In this document: one piece after another, positions 29,614 to 39,356 of the stretch | Numbering within the stretch: position 1 is the stretch's first letter | Layout of the letters: each line of letters begins with the position of its first letter | NCBI GenBank assembly: GCA_002687715.1 | Contig: NZBC01000048.1 | Span: 6,402-70,401 of the forward strand | DNA length: 64,000 bases | From: Planctomycetota bacterium | GTDB taxonomy: Bacteria > Planctomycetota > GCA-002687715 | Direction: 5' to 3' | Program-made: the position numbers and the translations under genes | Notes under the pieces: model-generated | Seen by the model: only the letters and a program-made list of their open reading frames with translations | Database searches by the model: none | What the model was told of the DNA's origin: nothing

Positions 29614-31700
29614 TCAGCGGCCCTCCAGTGACGCGAGCTGACGACGGAACTGGTCCAGAAGCGAGTCCAGACGGCGAACCGCAGCCGAGAACTCGCTCCA
29701 GGTCATTCCATTCCACTTCCACGCGCCCGGTCCCTTCGCGAGGAACCCGCGAATGACCCGTCCCTCACGGAGAGAGGCGATGCGCCGAATCACATACTTG
29801 CATCGAGACGCAGAGTGGTCAGTGCCTGCTCGCTCGCTCCACATCAGCGTCGCGTCGCCGAGAAGCCCGTGCGCAAGCTCGAGTTGGGCGGCGGAGCCCG
29901 GATCAGCCGTGCCGGACTTCAACGCGGCCACGATCGCGACCACCAGATAATCGGGGAAACGTGATCGAGCGAGCCGGGGATCATCGTTGAGAGCCCGCTC
30001 GAGGAGGTCCGAAGCGATCCCGGGGCGGTCGGCCACCGCGGCCACCCATCCGAGTCTCGCAAGGTCACGCGGGTCGTCCGGCCAATCCTGTTCCCGGTGT
30101 CGCCGATCGAAGCCGTCGGCCAGGGTCGCGACCGAATCGGCCAGCGACAGCCACTCTGCGGACGGGTGACTCCAGTCCTCGCTCTTGGTCCCCAGTTCAT
30201 GCCCCTTCCGCAGGTGGAGCAGCGCACCCTGGGGATCCCCTGAGTACATCAACGCGAGTCCCAGATTGCAGCGCACCTCCGCAGAATCCGGACTGGCATC
30301 GACGGCAATGCGGAGGGCATCGACGGCTCGACTCCACTCCTGCACGATCAGGAGATACGTTCCGAGGTTGTAGTTGGCGTCCGAATCCCCCGGCCTGAGC
30401 GCGGCCATCCGTTCGGCGGCGTCGATGGCGGCGCCGACATGGCCGAACTCGACCAGAATGTGGGATAGGGGGGCGAGCGCTTGAAAATGCTCCGGATCGA
30501 TCGCCGTCGCGCGCTTGAATGCCTCGAGGGCCCGGGACGGCTTGCCGCTGGAGAACCATGCGGCACCGAGCATCGTCCACGCTTCGACGCTTGCTGGCAT
30601 GAGACCGGTCGCCCGGGTGAGCCTGCGAATGGCGGGTGCGAAGTCTCTCAGCCTGACCTCGGTGGCACCCAGATACACGAGGACTGGTCCCCAATCCGGC
30701 CGGTGTTGGAGGGCACGTTCCAGAATGGGCTTCGCGGCCTGGAGATCGCCGCGCATGTAGAGCGCGTAACCCAGGTCCGCCAGCGCGTGCGGGCTGTCCG
30801 GCCGCGCGGCGAGGGCGAGCTTGTAATGGTTGACCACCGGTGCCCACTCCCCAGCCTCGCCCTGCGGCGGCGCGAGCAACGTACCGAGATCATGGTTGAT
30901 GTCGTGATCCGCCGGGTATCGACGGTGGGCTTCCTCGTACACGAGCCGCGCAGCGTCTCTCTTCCCCAGCGCCTGGAGCGCTCTCGCCAAGAGCACCAGC
31001 CCGTGGGCGGAGCAGCTGCCGAGGTCGCCGGCCATGCTCCGCAGTCTCTCCACGTCTCCACCCAGAAACGCCTTCCTCGTCTCCGTCCGCCGGGGGGCGG
31101 GATCGAGTGCCATCGCAGCCGCAGTCAGCTTGCGCCACTCCGGGGGATCGGCCCCTCCGAGAAGAAACCGGACCTGGGCCCATTCGTCGAGTGCGTGGAT
31201 CATCCGGTCGGAGATCCCGGATGCCAGGACACGATCACTCATCACGCGTGCGGAGTCCCGGGCCGGGTCCACCCCGAGCAGGGCGAAGATCTTCCCGAGA
31301 TAGGTGTCGCGTTTGCGGGTCGCATCGCGCTCCCAATGGGGGGCGGATCGGTCCAGCTGTCGGAGCACGCTTCTCGCGAGACGCGCCCGCTTCCCCTCCG
31401 CCTCCACGGTCGAGCACAGAGACTCGATCGATCGAGCAAGATCCGTCTCGCCCCCGTACGTTCCGACGAGCTCTCGAGCCTGCTCGGCCGCCACCGCCGC
31501 TGCAGCCCATGCGCTCTCGTTGTCGGCGCCCTCGCTCCGCGCCTGCTCGAGGCGAGCACGGGCCTCGACGAGGGTCCCAGTCAGCGCCGCAATCCGCTCG
31601 CGCTCGCGGGCCCCCTCCGATTGCTCTGCCTGCTGCCATGCCAGTAGTGACACGGCGATGGCCGCAACCACGACGCCCGCGAGGAGGACGGTTCGGCGCC
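29614..31700 (-). pseudogene. TM + TPR C-terminal half of a Ser/Thr kinase-TPR protein, N-terminus lost
   Basis: RRTVLLAGVVVAAIAVSLLAW TM segment followed by multiple TPRs; upstream sequence belongs to a different gene in another frame. Confidence 0.7.
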
Positions 31701-32195
31701 CGTGTACGTGGCGATGAGGTTCGTGAACGTCCCCGCCCCATCGTCCTGGTAGACGTTGAGGGTCCCGATCGTGGCGCCGATACGAGAGAGCGCGAAATCC
31801 AGCGTGAAGCTCGAGAGCTGGGTCGCGTCGATGACACAGGTGTCGAGGATGAACTGCGCCGTTCCGCCGGCTCCCGACGTCTCGCAGTACACGTGGTTCG
31901 GCATGGTCGAGGCCGTCGTCGGGCCGGTGGCGGACGAGGACGTACCGCCGGTGTCGCTGGTCCAGGGCTGGGAACCGCCGCCGTCCACGAGACCCTGAGG
32001 GAAGAGCCCCGCTCCGAGGGTGGTCAGCGCGTCGAAGCTCCACGACGTCGGACATGGGATGACGGCGTAGTCGACGCCGGCCGAGAGGGTGACGCCGTCC
32101 GGATGACCAGGATCAAGGGTGAGCATCTGGCCCGCGACCGTCAGGGGCACCGGGGGCGAGAGGTTGATGCTGATGGGGCCCGAATACGGCGTCAC
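31690..32195 (-). pseudogene. Fragment of a MAM-like domain secreted protein
   Basis: WTSDTGGTSSSATGP...VYCETSG...LDFALSRIGATIGTLNVY; truncated at both ends. Confidence 0.6.
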
Positions 32196-32342
32196 GAGCG
32201 GAAAGCAGCCAACAGAGGCGTTGTCATCTCGGGATGGACGGCCTCTCTGGACTCCAGCTGCTCGAGGTGGCGGACCTTGTGTATGACCCGAGACGGAGCC
32301 ACAGATTCTAGCGCCCCCGGGGGACGGGCACCGTCCTCCGGT

Positions 32343-33998
32343 CTACTGGACCCTCGCGTCCCAGACCATGTGCTCCCGATTCCGGGAGAACGTGCGGCCG
32401 GCGGACTCCGTCCGGAACCCCGGCACCCGCAGCACGACCTCGGTCCCGATCGGAACCGCGACGTCGAAGGCGAAGCGTCCGTGGGCGTCCGTCCTCAGTC
32501 CGCCGTAGACCGTCCCCGGCTGCGCCCGCATCTGGACGATGACATCCACATCGGGCACCGCGTGGCCGGAACGGACGTTGGAAAGCGACCCCGTGAACAT
32601 GACCGTCACGTGTCCCGGCGCCGTGCGTGGGTCGACGAGCACCGGCACCTCGAGCACCGGTGCGAACGGATGATGGTGGCACCACTCCTCCACGATAGCG
32701 CGGTGCGGCGCCCACCAGAGTTGAACTCGGACGCGACCATGGCCGCGGGCGCCGACCCACAGATGGTGGTTCCGGCGACCGCCTCCGAAAAGCGCGCTCA
32801 GCGGATCCTGCTTCGCGTCGAGGATGCGGGTCTCGAGGATGTGGTCGCCCGGGCGCAGCGTCGTACCGCCGCCCTTTCGACCCGAGCGCCAAAGCACCGA
32901 ATCGATGTGCGAAGACCCCCACGCCCGAAGCACCAGCACGCCCTCGCGCGCCCACTTGCGATCGGGTCCTTCGACCCAATTCGCCTGACCGAGATGCGCC
33001 TCCCACGTGTGCTCCCAGATCATCTGCATCTTGGGAGCGAGTTCCTCGTAGACCGGCGCAGGGTGGACGTGCGGCGGCGGCGGCGCCACGACGTGCGGAA
33101 TGATGCCGTGCGCGAACTCCGCATGCGGACGTTCTCGCATGTAGCGCGCGGTCGCCTTCTCCGACGGGAACCAGATCACCTGCACCCGGATCTTGCCCCG
33201 ACCGGTCGCAGCCCACTGCCAGGTGCGCCCGCGCCCACCGCGCTTGCGAATGTAGCTCTGGATGAAGCCCGGTGGCGTGACCAGGTCCTTCGACGGAATG
33301 TTCGCCAAGAGGATGCCCGCGATCTTCTCATCGACTGAGACGACGTGGGGACCGGCCGCCACCCGCACCAGGAGCCGTCCCCGATCCACCGGCCACGTCG
33401 TAGCCGGAGCGCTGATCCACTGCTTGCGTTGTCGCACCTCCCAGGTCCGGTCCCAGATCACGGTCGTCGAGTGGATGGTGGATGGGTCGACGGTTGGCCG
33501 CGGCCGCGCTGGCGGTTGCACCGGCGGCCTGACTGGTCTCGGCTTGGGTGTCGGCTTCACGTTGGGCCGATTGGTCGTCGCCATCTGGATGCGGGTCACC
33601 CGGTTCGCCTTCAGCAGAAACGCGATCCCCGGGACCATGTTCCAGCCCGGCTTGATGGTCTTGAGCGCCGGGTAGGCCTGGAGCACCCGTTGGCCAACGG
33701 CGCCCACGGCGATGCCTCGCCTCGTCCTCCCCTTGAACGGCAGCGCGACCTGGATGAACGAAACCCGATTCTGCGCATCCACGACGACCGTCACGCCGTT
33801 CTTCGGGAACGTGATCCGCCGGTTCTCCACGGTCGGACGCTCGGGCAGCCTTCCCGAGACCACGAGACGCTTCGCGTTCCCGAGGGCGATGGTCTTGCCG
33901 CCGAACGAGATACTCTGCGCGCCTTCGTTGATGGCCTGGCCTTGGGCCGACAGCGCCGCCACGAGGGCGAGGGACACGACGAGGGTCTTGGCGATCAT
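32343..33998 (-). CDS. Secreted hypothetical protein with an internal domain duplication
   Basis: Signal peptide MIAKTLVVSLALVAALSA-Q, GGAGG RBS, Pro-rich linkers and two related Trp-rich domains. Confidence 0.75.
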   Translation of the reverse strand: MIAKTLVVSLALVAALSAQGQAINEGAQSISFGGKTIALGNAKRLVVSGRLPERPTVENRRITFPKNGVTVVVDAQNRVSFIQVALPFKGRTRRGIAVGAVGQRVLQAYPALKTIKPGWNMVPGIAFLLKANRVTRIQMATTNRPNVKPTPKPRPVRPPVQPPARPRPTVDPSTIHSTTVIWDRTWEVRQRKQWISAPATTWPVDRGRLLVRVAAGPHVVSVDEKIAGILLANIPSKDLVTPPGFIQSYIRKRGGRGRTWQWAATGRGKIRVQVIWFPSEKATARYMRERPHAEFAHGIIPHVVAPPPPHVHPAPVYEELAPKMQMIWEHTWEAHLGQANWVEGPDRKWAREGVLVLRAWGSSHIDSVLWRSGRKGGGTTLRPGDHILETRILDAKQDPLSALFGGGRRNHHLWVGARGHGRVRVQLWWAPHRAIVEEWCHHHPFAPVLEVPVLVDPRTAPGHVTVMFTGSLSNVRSGHAVPDVDVIVQMRAQPGTVYGGLRTDAHGRFAFDVAVPIGTEVVLRVPGFRTESAGRTFSRNREHMVWDARVQ

Positions 33999-34117
33999 GG
34001 GTGGTTCCTCCACGTTCCGGTGATGACTCGTCCGCTTTCGAGTCTGCATCGGGGCTCAGGATAACGTTCGGACGGCGGGTCCGGTGACCTTCAGCCGTCT
34101 TGGGTAGACTCCCGCGG

Positions 34118-36991
34118 ATGCGCCCCAAGACGCTCCCGATGGCCTTCGGCCTCGCCGCCCTTCTTCTCGCCCTCCCCCCCCTCGCCGTCGGCCAGGGCGG
34201 TTTCACCCTGGACCAGGTGCTCAGTGCGCCCTTCCCGTCCTCGCTCGTGGCCGCCCCGTCGGGCGCCCGGATCGCCTGGGCCTACGTCGCTCAGGGACGC
34301 CGGGGCATCCGGGTCGCGGAGGCGCCCGAGTGGACGCCGCGGGATGTGGTCAGGTGGCCGAACGACGACGGCGCCGTGGTTTCCGTCCTCGGGTTCTCGG
34401 GAGACGGCGCGCAGGTGGTGTTCACGCGGGGATTCCCCTACAACCCCGCGAATCTCGACCGTCCCCCACGGCCCGCGCTGTTCAGGATCCCCTGGAAAGG
34501 TGGCCCGCAAGTCCGGCTGTCGTCTTCGACCACGGTCGCATTGAGCCCGAACCGGCCGCTCGCAGCCAGGATGTCCGGAGGCGACCTCACCCTGCTGAAG
34601 CTGGTAGGCGCGGCGCGCCCCTCGAAGCTCTGCGCGTTCCGCGGTTCGGCCGACTCGCTGCGCTGGTCGCCGGACGGGACCCAGATCGCGGTGCGCGTGC
34701 GACGCGCCGGCAAATCGGGGATCGCGGTGGTCGATGTCGGGACGAGGAAGATCACCCATTTGCCGATGTCCCCGACCAGGATCGGGGCGCCCGTGTGGTC
34801 CCCCGACGGACGGCGCCTGGCCCACGTCACGTTCGCCCGACGGGGCAGCCCCGGCAGCCTGCTCGCGAGGAGGCCGTACCCGAAGCCGGACGCGTGGTCG
34901 ATCACCGTCGCGGATCTCGCTCCGGGCACCGTGCGGTCATCTTGGCCCGAGGACGCGAGCGCGTCGCGATGGGCGCGGGTCGCCTGGCGCGACGAGGATC
35001 ATCTCCTGGTGCTGTCCGAGCGCGACGGCTGGCGTCGGTTGTACACCTGCGCCGTCGGCGACCCGCCCGTTGCAGTCAGCCCCACTCACGCGATCGTCGA
35101 AGGCTTCACCGTGGATCGCACGCGCGGCCGTCCGGTGTTCGTCACCAACGCCCTTGACCTCGATCGGCGTCACCTGTGGACGTGGACGCCGGACCAGGGT
35201 CTCTCCGCAAGGACGCCGGGGACGGGCATCGAATGGAGCCCGGTCATCACGGGCGACGGGCGGTGGATGGCACATCTCGCTTCGAGCGCACGTCGGCCAG
35301 CGCACGTCGTCGTGAAGCCGATCGACGAGAAGTCCGTCAACGAGAAGAAGTCCCGACGACTCGACACCGACCTGCCCGCGACGTTCCCGTTGAAGAAGCT
35401 CGTAGAGCCCAAGCCGGTGATCGTGCGCGCGGCGGACGGGACGCAAGTGCACTGTCAGCTCTTCCAGGCAGCCGCCCCGGCGAAGCGACGGCCCGCGGTG
35501 CTGTTCTTCCACGGCGGACCCATCCGCCAGATGCTGCTCGGCTGGCACTACCGCCACTACTACCACTGCGCCTATGCCCTGAATCAGCACCTCGCGTCCC
35601 AGGGCTACGTCGTGCTGTCGGTGAACTTCCGGATGGGCATCGGCTACGGCGCGAAGTTCCGGGACGTGCCGGACGGGGGGCCGCGCGGCGCGTCGGAATA
35701 CCAGGACGTGCTCGCCGCGACGAAGTGGCTCCAAGAGCAACCCGGCGTCGATGCAGCGCGGATCGGCCTGTGGGGCGGCTCGTATGGCGGCTTCCTCACC
35801 GCTCTCGGCCTGGGCCGCAACTCCGACCTCTTCGCGGCGGGCGTCGACCTGCACGGCGTTCACGACTGGAACGCGTGGCAGAAGTGGGTCCGACGTGGAC
35901 GTTCGAGTCAGACCAACGCACTGGCCCACAAGTCGTCGCCGGTCGCCGCGCTCGATGGCTGGCGATCACCGGTCCTGCTCGTCCACGGGGACGACGACCG
36001 CAACGTCCCGTTCTCGGAGACGACGCAGCTCGCCAAAGCACTGAAGGAGCGCGGCGTTCCTCACGAGGTCGTCACGCTCCCGGGTGAGATTCACTCGTTT
36101 CTGCTCCACCAGAGCTGGCTCCGGGTCTTCGGCGCCGCCGCCGGTTTCCTCGACCGGAGACTGAAACAGAAGGCGTCGCCGGTCGCGCCCATCGCAGACG
36201 GCGCCGCCCGCTACGAGTTCCACCTCGACGGCGTCCCCATCGAGACGTTCACGTACAAGCCGAAGAGCTATCGCGGCGAACGGATGATCATCGTGATGCA
36301 CGGAACGCTGCGCAACGCCGACGAGTATCGCGACCACGCGGTCGCGATGGGCGAGCGCTTCGGTGCACTCGTCGTCGCGCCCCGATTCGACCGCCGACGG
36401 TTCACCAGTCGGCGGTACCACCGCGGCGGCATCCTGACCGCGGATGGCAAGGCCGCCCCGAAGGGCGAGTGGACGTACCGGTTCATCCCCATGCTCGCGA
36501 GGTCAGTGCGCGAGATGGAGCAGCGAGCGAACCTCCCGTTCACCGTCATCGGACACTCGGCTGGCGGCCAGTTCGTCGCACGCATGTCGGCATTCCAGGA
36601 CACGGGCGCCGTACGTCACGTCGCGGCGAACCCCGGCTCTGAGCTATTCCCGACCCGGGACTTACCGTTCGGTTACGGATTCGGCGGACTGCCGCCCACC
36701 CTGGCGGACGACACGGCGCTGAAACGCTACCTCGCCGTCCCGCTGACGCTCTACCTGGGCACCGCCGACGACCGGCCGGACGAGTACTTCGACCAGAGCC
36801 CCAATGCCATGAAGCAAGGGGGCGGGCGGCTTCAGCGCGGTCGCGCATGCTTCGCAGCAGCATCGAAGCTCGCCAAAGAACGCGGCTGGCCGTTCCACTG
36901 GCGAATCGTCGAGGCGAAGGGCGTCGGCCACGATCATCAGAAGATGTTCGACCACGCAGCATGCGAAGCCGCCCTGTTCGGGAAACGTTGA
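34118..36991 (+). CDS. S9 family peptidase fused to a second alpha/beta hydrolase
   Basis: Beta-propeller; GGSYGG...HGDDDRNV...EIHSF triad; a second GHSAGG...GTADD...GVGH triad. Confidence 0.88.
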   Translation: MRPKTLPMAFGLAALLLALPPLAVGQGGFTLDQVLSAPFPSSLVAAPSGARIAWAYVAQGRRGIRVAEAPEWTPRDVVRWPNDDGAVVSVLGFSGDGAQVVFTRGFPYNPANLDRPPRPALFRIPWKGGPQVRLSSSTTVALSPNRPLAARMSGGDLTLLKLVGAARPSKLCAFRGSADSLRWSPDGTQIAVRVRRAGKSGIAVVDVGTRKITHLPMSPTRIGAPVWSPDGRRLAHVTFARRGSPGSLLARRPYPKPDAWSITVADLAPGTVRSSWPEDASASRWARVAWRDEDHLLVLSERDGWRRLYTCAVGDPPVAVSPTHAIVEGFTVDRTRGRPVFVTNALDLDRRHLWTWTPDQGLSARTPGTGIEWSPVITGDGRWMAHLASSARRPAHVVVKPIDEKSVNEKKSRRLDTDLPATFPLKKLVEPKPVIVRAADGTQVHCQLFQAAAPAKRRPAVLFFHGGPIRQMLLGWHYRHYYHCAYALNQHLASQGYVVLSVNFRMGIGYGAKFRDVPDGGPRGASEYQDVLAATKWLQEQPGVDAARIGLWGGSYGGFLTALGLGRNSDLFAAGVDLHGVHDWNAWQKWVRRGRSSQTNALAHKSSPVAALDGWRSPVLLVHGDDDRNVPFSETTQLAKALKERGVPHEVVTLPGEIHSFLLHQSWLRVFGAAAGFLDRRLKQKASPVAPIADGAARYEFHLDGVPIETFTYKPKSYRGERMIIVMHGTLRNADEYRDHAVAMGERFGALVVAPRFDRRRFTSRRYHRGGILTADGKAAPKGEWTYRFIPMLARSVREMEQRANLPFTVIGHSAGGQFVARMSAFQDTGAVRHVAANPGSELFPTRDLPFGYGFGGLPPTLADDTALKRYLAVPLTLYLGTADDRPDEYFDQSPNAMKQGGGRLQRGRACFAAASKLAKERGWPFHWRIVEAKGVGHDHQKMFDHAACEAALFGKR

Positions 36992-37127
36992 ACGCGTATT
37001 TCCCGGAATCCGTCCGTATCCCTATGCGTCCATGATGAAGGGCACCGGGGCACGCGCCGTATCAAGGTCAGGTCTGATACGCTGCGACTCCTGCGCCAGG
37101 GCACGAGAGGACCGAGCGATATCGTCC

Positions 37128-37400
37128 ATGATCGAGACCAGATCCACAGCACGGCGTCTGTATGGTCTCCGCAGTGTCCTCGTCTGCGGCCTGCTCTCCC
37201 TCACTCTTTCCGCGCAGATCGGAGAGATGGAGGAGGTCGAGGAGGAAGAAGAGGACGTCGCCACGGCCTACGTCCTCCCCTTCGTCGCCGAAGTCCACCA
37301 GCAGTCCTACAAGGACTTCAAGAAGTTCTGCGTCGAGAAGAAGTGGTCCCGTGCGTTCCGCAGCATCGGCAAGCAACTCGAGCAGACTCGTGGTCCATGA
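37128..37400 (+). pseudogene. Truncated N-terminus of a secreted protein
   Basis: Signal peptide LLSLTLSA-Q and an acidic stretch; ends abruptly inside the antisense of the NUDIX gene. Confidence 0.5.
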
Positions 37401-37782
37401 AGCCCGCCCACACTACCTCGCGGCGATCGACTTCGATCGCCGGCTCCTCCGGGACGTCGACCTCGAACACGTGGGCCTCGTCGCGCTTGTATTCCTCGCG
37501 GGTCGCCACGAGCCCGACGTAGCGAAGCTCCTCGGGGGGGATGTGGATGCCGGTCTCTTCCAACAGCTCGCGTGACGCCGCGATGGCGAGGCCCTCCCCT
37601 CGCTTCACGCGCCCCGCGGGGAACCCGAGCTTCCGTCGATAGGAGTTGCGAACGACGAGGATCCGATCGGCGTACGTCACCGCGACATGCGCACCGACCA
37701 CCTTCGAGCGCAAGATGAACCACGCCATGAGCTGGGCAGCGAAAGCGGCGCGCAAAGCCCACCGTATGCACGAATCGAGCAC
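37318..37782 (-). CDS. NUDIX hydrolase (C-terminus possibly replaced)
   Basis: Nudix box GRVKRGEGLAIAASRELLEETGI. Confidence 0.8.
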   Translation of the reverse strand: MLDSCIRWALRAAFAAQLMAWFILRSKVVGAHVAVTYADRILVVRNSYRRKLGFPAGRVKRGEGLAIAASRELLEETGIHIPPEELRYVGLVATREEYKRDEAHVFEVDVPEEPAIEVDRREVVWAGFMDHESARVACRCCGTHGTTSSRRRTS

Positions 37783-38070
37783 TGGCGAAGGCTATCAGGA
37801 CGGCTGAAAACAAGAGGCGGGGCCCCGGCCGAGGTCACGTACTACTCAGCCCACCTGTGACCGGCGGCCGGGGTGCACCCGCGGGGACGCCTCACGGACG
37901 TCCCCTCGTCTCCGAGATCCATAGATCCCTCGCAGGGTCGCTTTCACACTCAGCGGCTTTTTTCGCGTCGCCGCCCGCCTTAAAGCCGAAAAAGGGACGG
38001 CGGTGGAATGTCACGAGGCGCAGGCCGGAATCCCGGGCGTTTCTATTCCACTTTCACAGGGAGGTTTCGG

Positions 38071-38997
38071 ATGCCGGCAGGCCCGCTGTGCCCCATCCGC
38101 GAAGACCCGGATCTCGATCAGTACGAATCGGATCTGGCTTCGCTGCAACGGTACGAGAAGGACGCAGACGCCGAGATGGCGCGCGTCGACGGACTGCCGA
38201 TCTGGAAGCCGACCGCGTACGAGCGCCACTACGTCCCGGGCTTGCGGCTCGTGGGTATCCGCGACAAGACGAACGTGGTCCTCCAGAGCACCGCCGACCT
38301 CCATATTCACACCGATTGGTCGGACGGAGACGATCTCGACGCCGTCCTGGAGCATGCGGTCGCGGCCGGACTCGACGCCATCGCGATCACCGACCATGAC
38401 GAGATCGAGGGTGCGCTCGAGGCGCGCCGTCGCGTCCACAAGCGCCGGCTGCCGATCGCGGTCGTCCCTGGGATCGAGGTTTCCAGCCGGGACGGCCACA
38501 TTGGAGGTCTCTTCGTGACGCGGAAGATCGAGAAGGGACTCTCCGCCGAAGAGACCGTGCAGCGCATCCACGACGCCGGAGGCCTCGCGGTCGCCCACCA
38601 CCCCTACGTCCCGCGCTGGATCGAGATCGTGCTCATGCAGCGCCTCGGCTGCCGCGACCTCATCAAGACCGTTCCGTTCGACGCCATCGAGTGCAACAAC
38701 GCCGTCCCGGGGCGAGGCATCAAGTACAACCTCGAAGCCATCAAGTACATACGCGACCATCACCTGAACGTCGCGGTGACCGGCGGCAGCGATGCCCACA
38801 TTGCGGAACTCGTCGGCAAGGGCCGCACCTGCTTCGCCGGCAACGAAGGGGTGGTCTCGCTGCGCACCGGAATCATCCACGGGTTCACGCACGGCTCCGA
38901 GGGATACTGGACCACGCGGGAGAAGGTCTCGTACTACTTCCACCTCATCCGCGCGATTGTCGCGAACGGCCTGCTGCGCCGCGGGTCGGTGAACTGA
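38071..38997 (+). CDS. PHP-domain phosphoesterase
   Basis: DLHIHT...SDG, ITDHD, GIEVS, AHHP and GGSDAH motifs; GGGAGG RBS before ATG 38071. Confidence 0.88.
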   Translation: MPAGPLCPIREDPDLDQYESDLASLQRYEKDADAEMARVDGLPIWKPTAYERHYVPGLRLVGIRDKTNVVLQSTADLHIHTDWSDGDDLDAVLEHAVAAGLDAIAITDHDEIEGALEARRRVHKRRLPIAVVPGIEVSSRDGHIGGLFVTRKIEKGLSAEETVQRIHDAGGLAVAHHPYVPRWIEIVLMQRLGCRDLIKTVPFDAIECNNAVPGRGIKYNLEAIKYIRDHHLNVAVTGGSDAHIAELVGKGRTCFAGNEGVVSLRTGIIHGFTHGSEGYWTTREKVSYYFHLIRAIVANGLLRRGSVN

Positions 38998-39011
38998 CCG
39001 CGGAACGGACC

Positions 39012-39356
39012 TCAACCCGCAAACGACCGAAGCGCGTCTTCCCGGGTGGCGTGGATGTCGATGACCCGATGCATGCGAACCATCTCGAACATCGAACGCA
39101 CGGGGGCGCTGATGTTCCCGAGCTTGAGGTCGCCGCCGGCAGCGTTGAGCCGACGCAGGCAAGACAGGATCGCACCGAGTCCTGCGCTGTCGACGAAGGT
39201 GACGTTCCCGAGGTCGAGCATCATTCGCACACCGGGCTGAATCTGGTCTTGGACCTCCTGCCGGAACGCCTTGACCGTTTCCGCGTCGAGGGTCCCCTCC
39301 GCCAGGGTCACGACGACGATGCCGTCGATGCTCTCGGCCGTCATCTGCATGCTCAC
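39012..39356 (-). CDS. STAS-domain anti-sigma factor antagonist
   Basis: LDLGNVTFVDSAGLG with the phosphorylatable Ser. Confidence 0.92.
   Translation of the reverse strand: MSMQMTAESIDGIVVVTLAEGTLDAETVKAFRQEVQDQIQPGVRMMLDLGNVTFVDSAGLGAILSCLRRLNAAGGDLKLGNISAPVRSMFEMVRMHRVIDIHATREDALRSFAG

Noticed and set aside
29614-32055. 813-aa ORF as an intact gene
   Set aside because: Its first ~120 aa are an off-frame reading of the MAM-like fragment.
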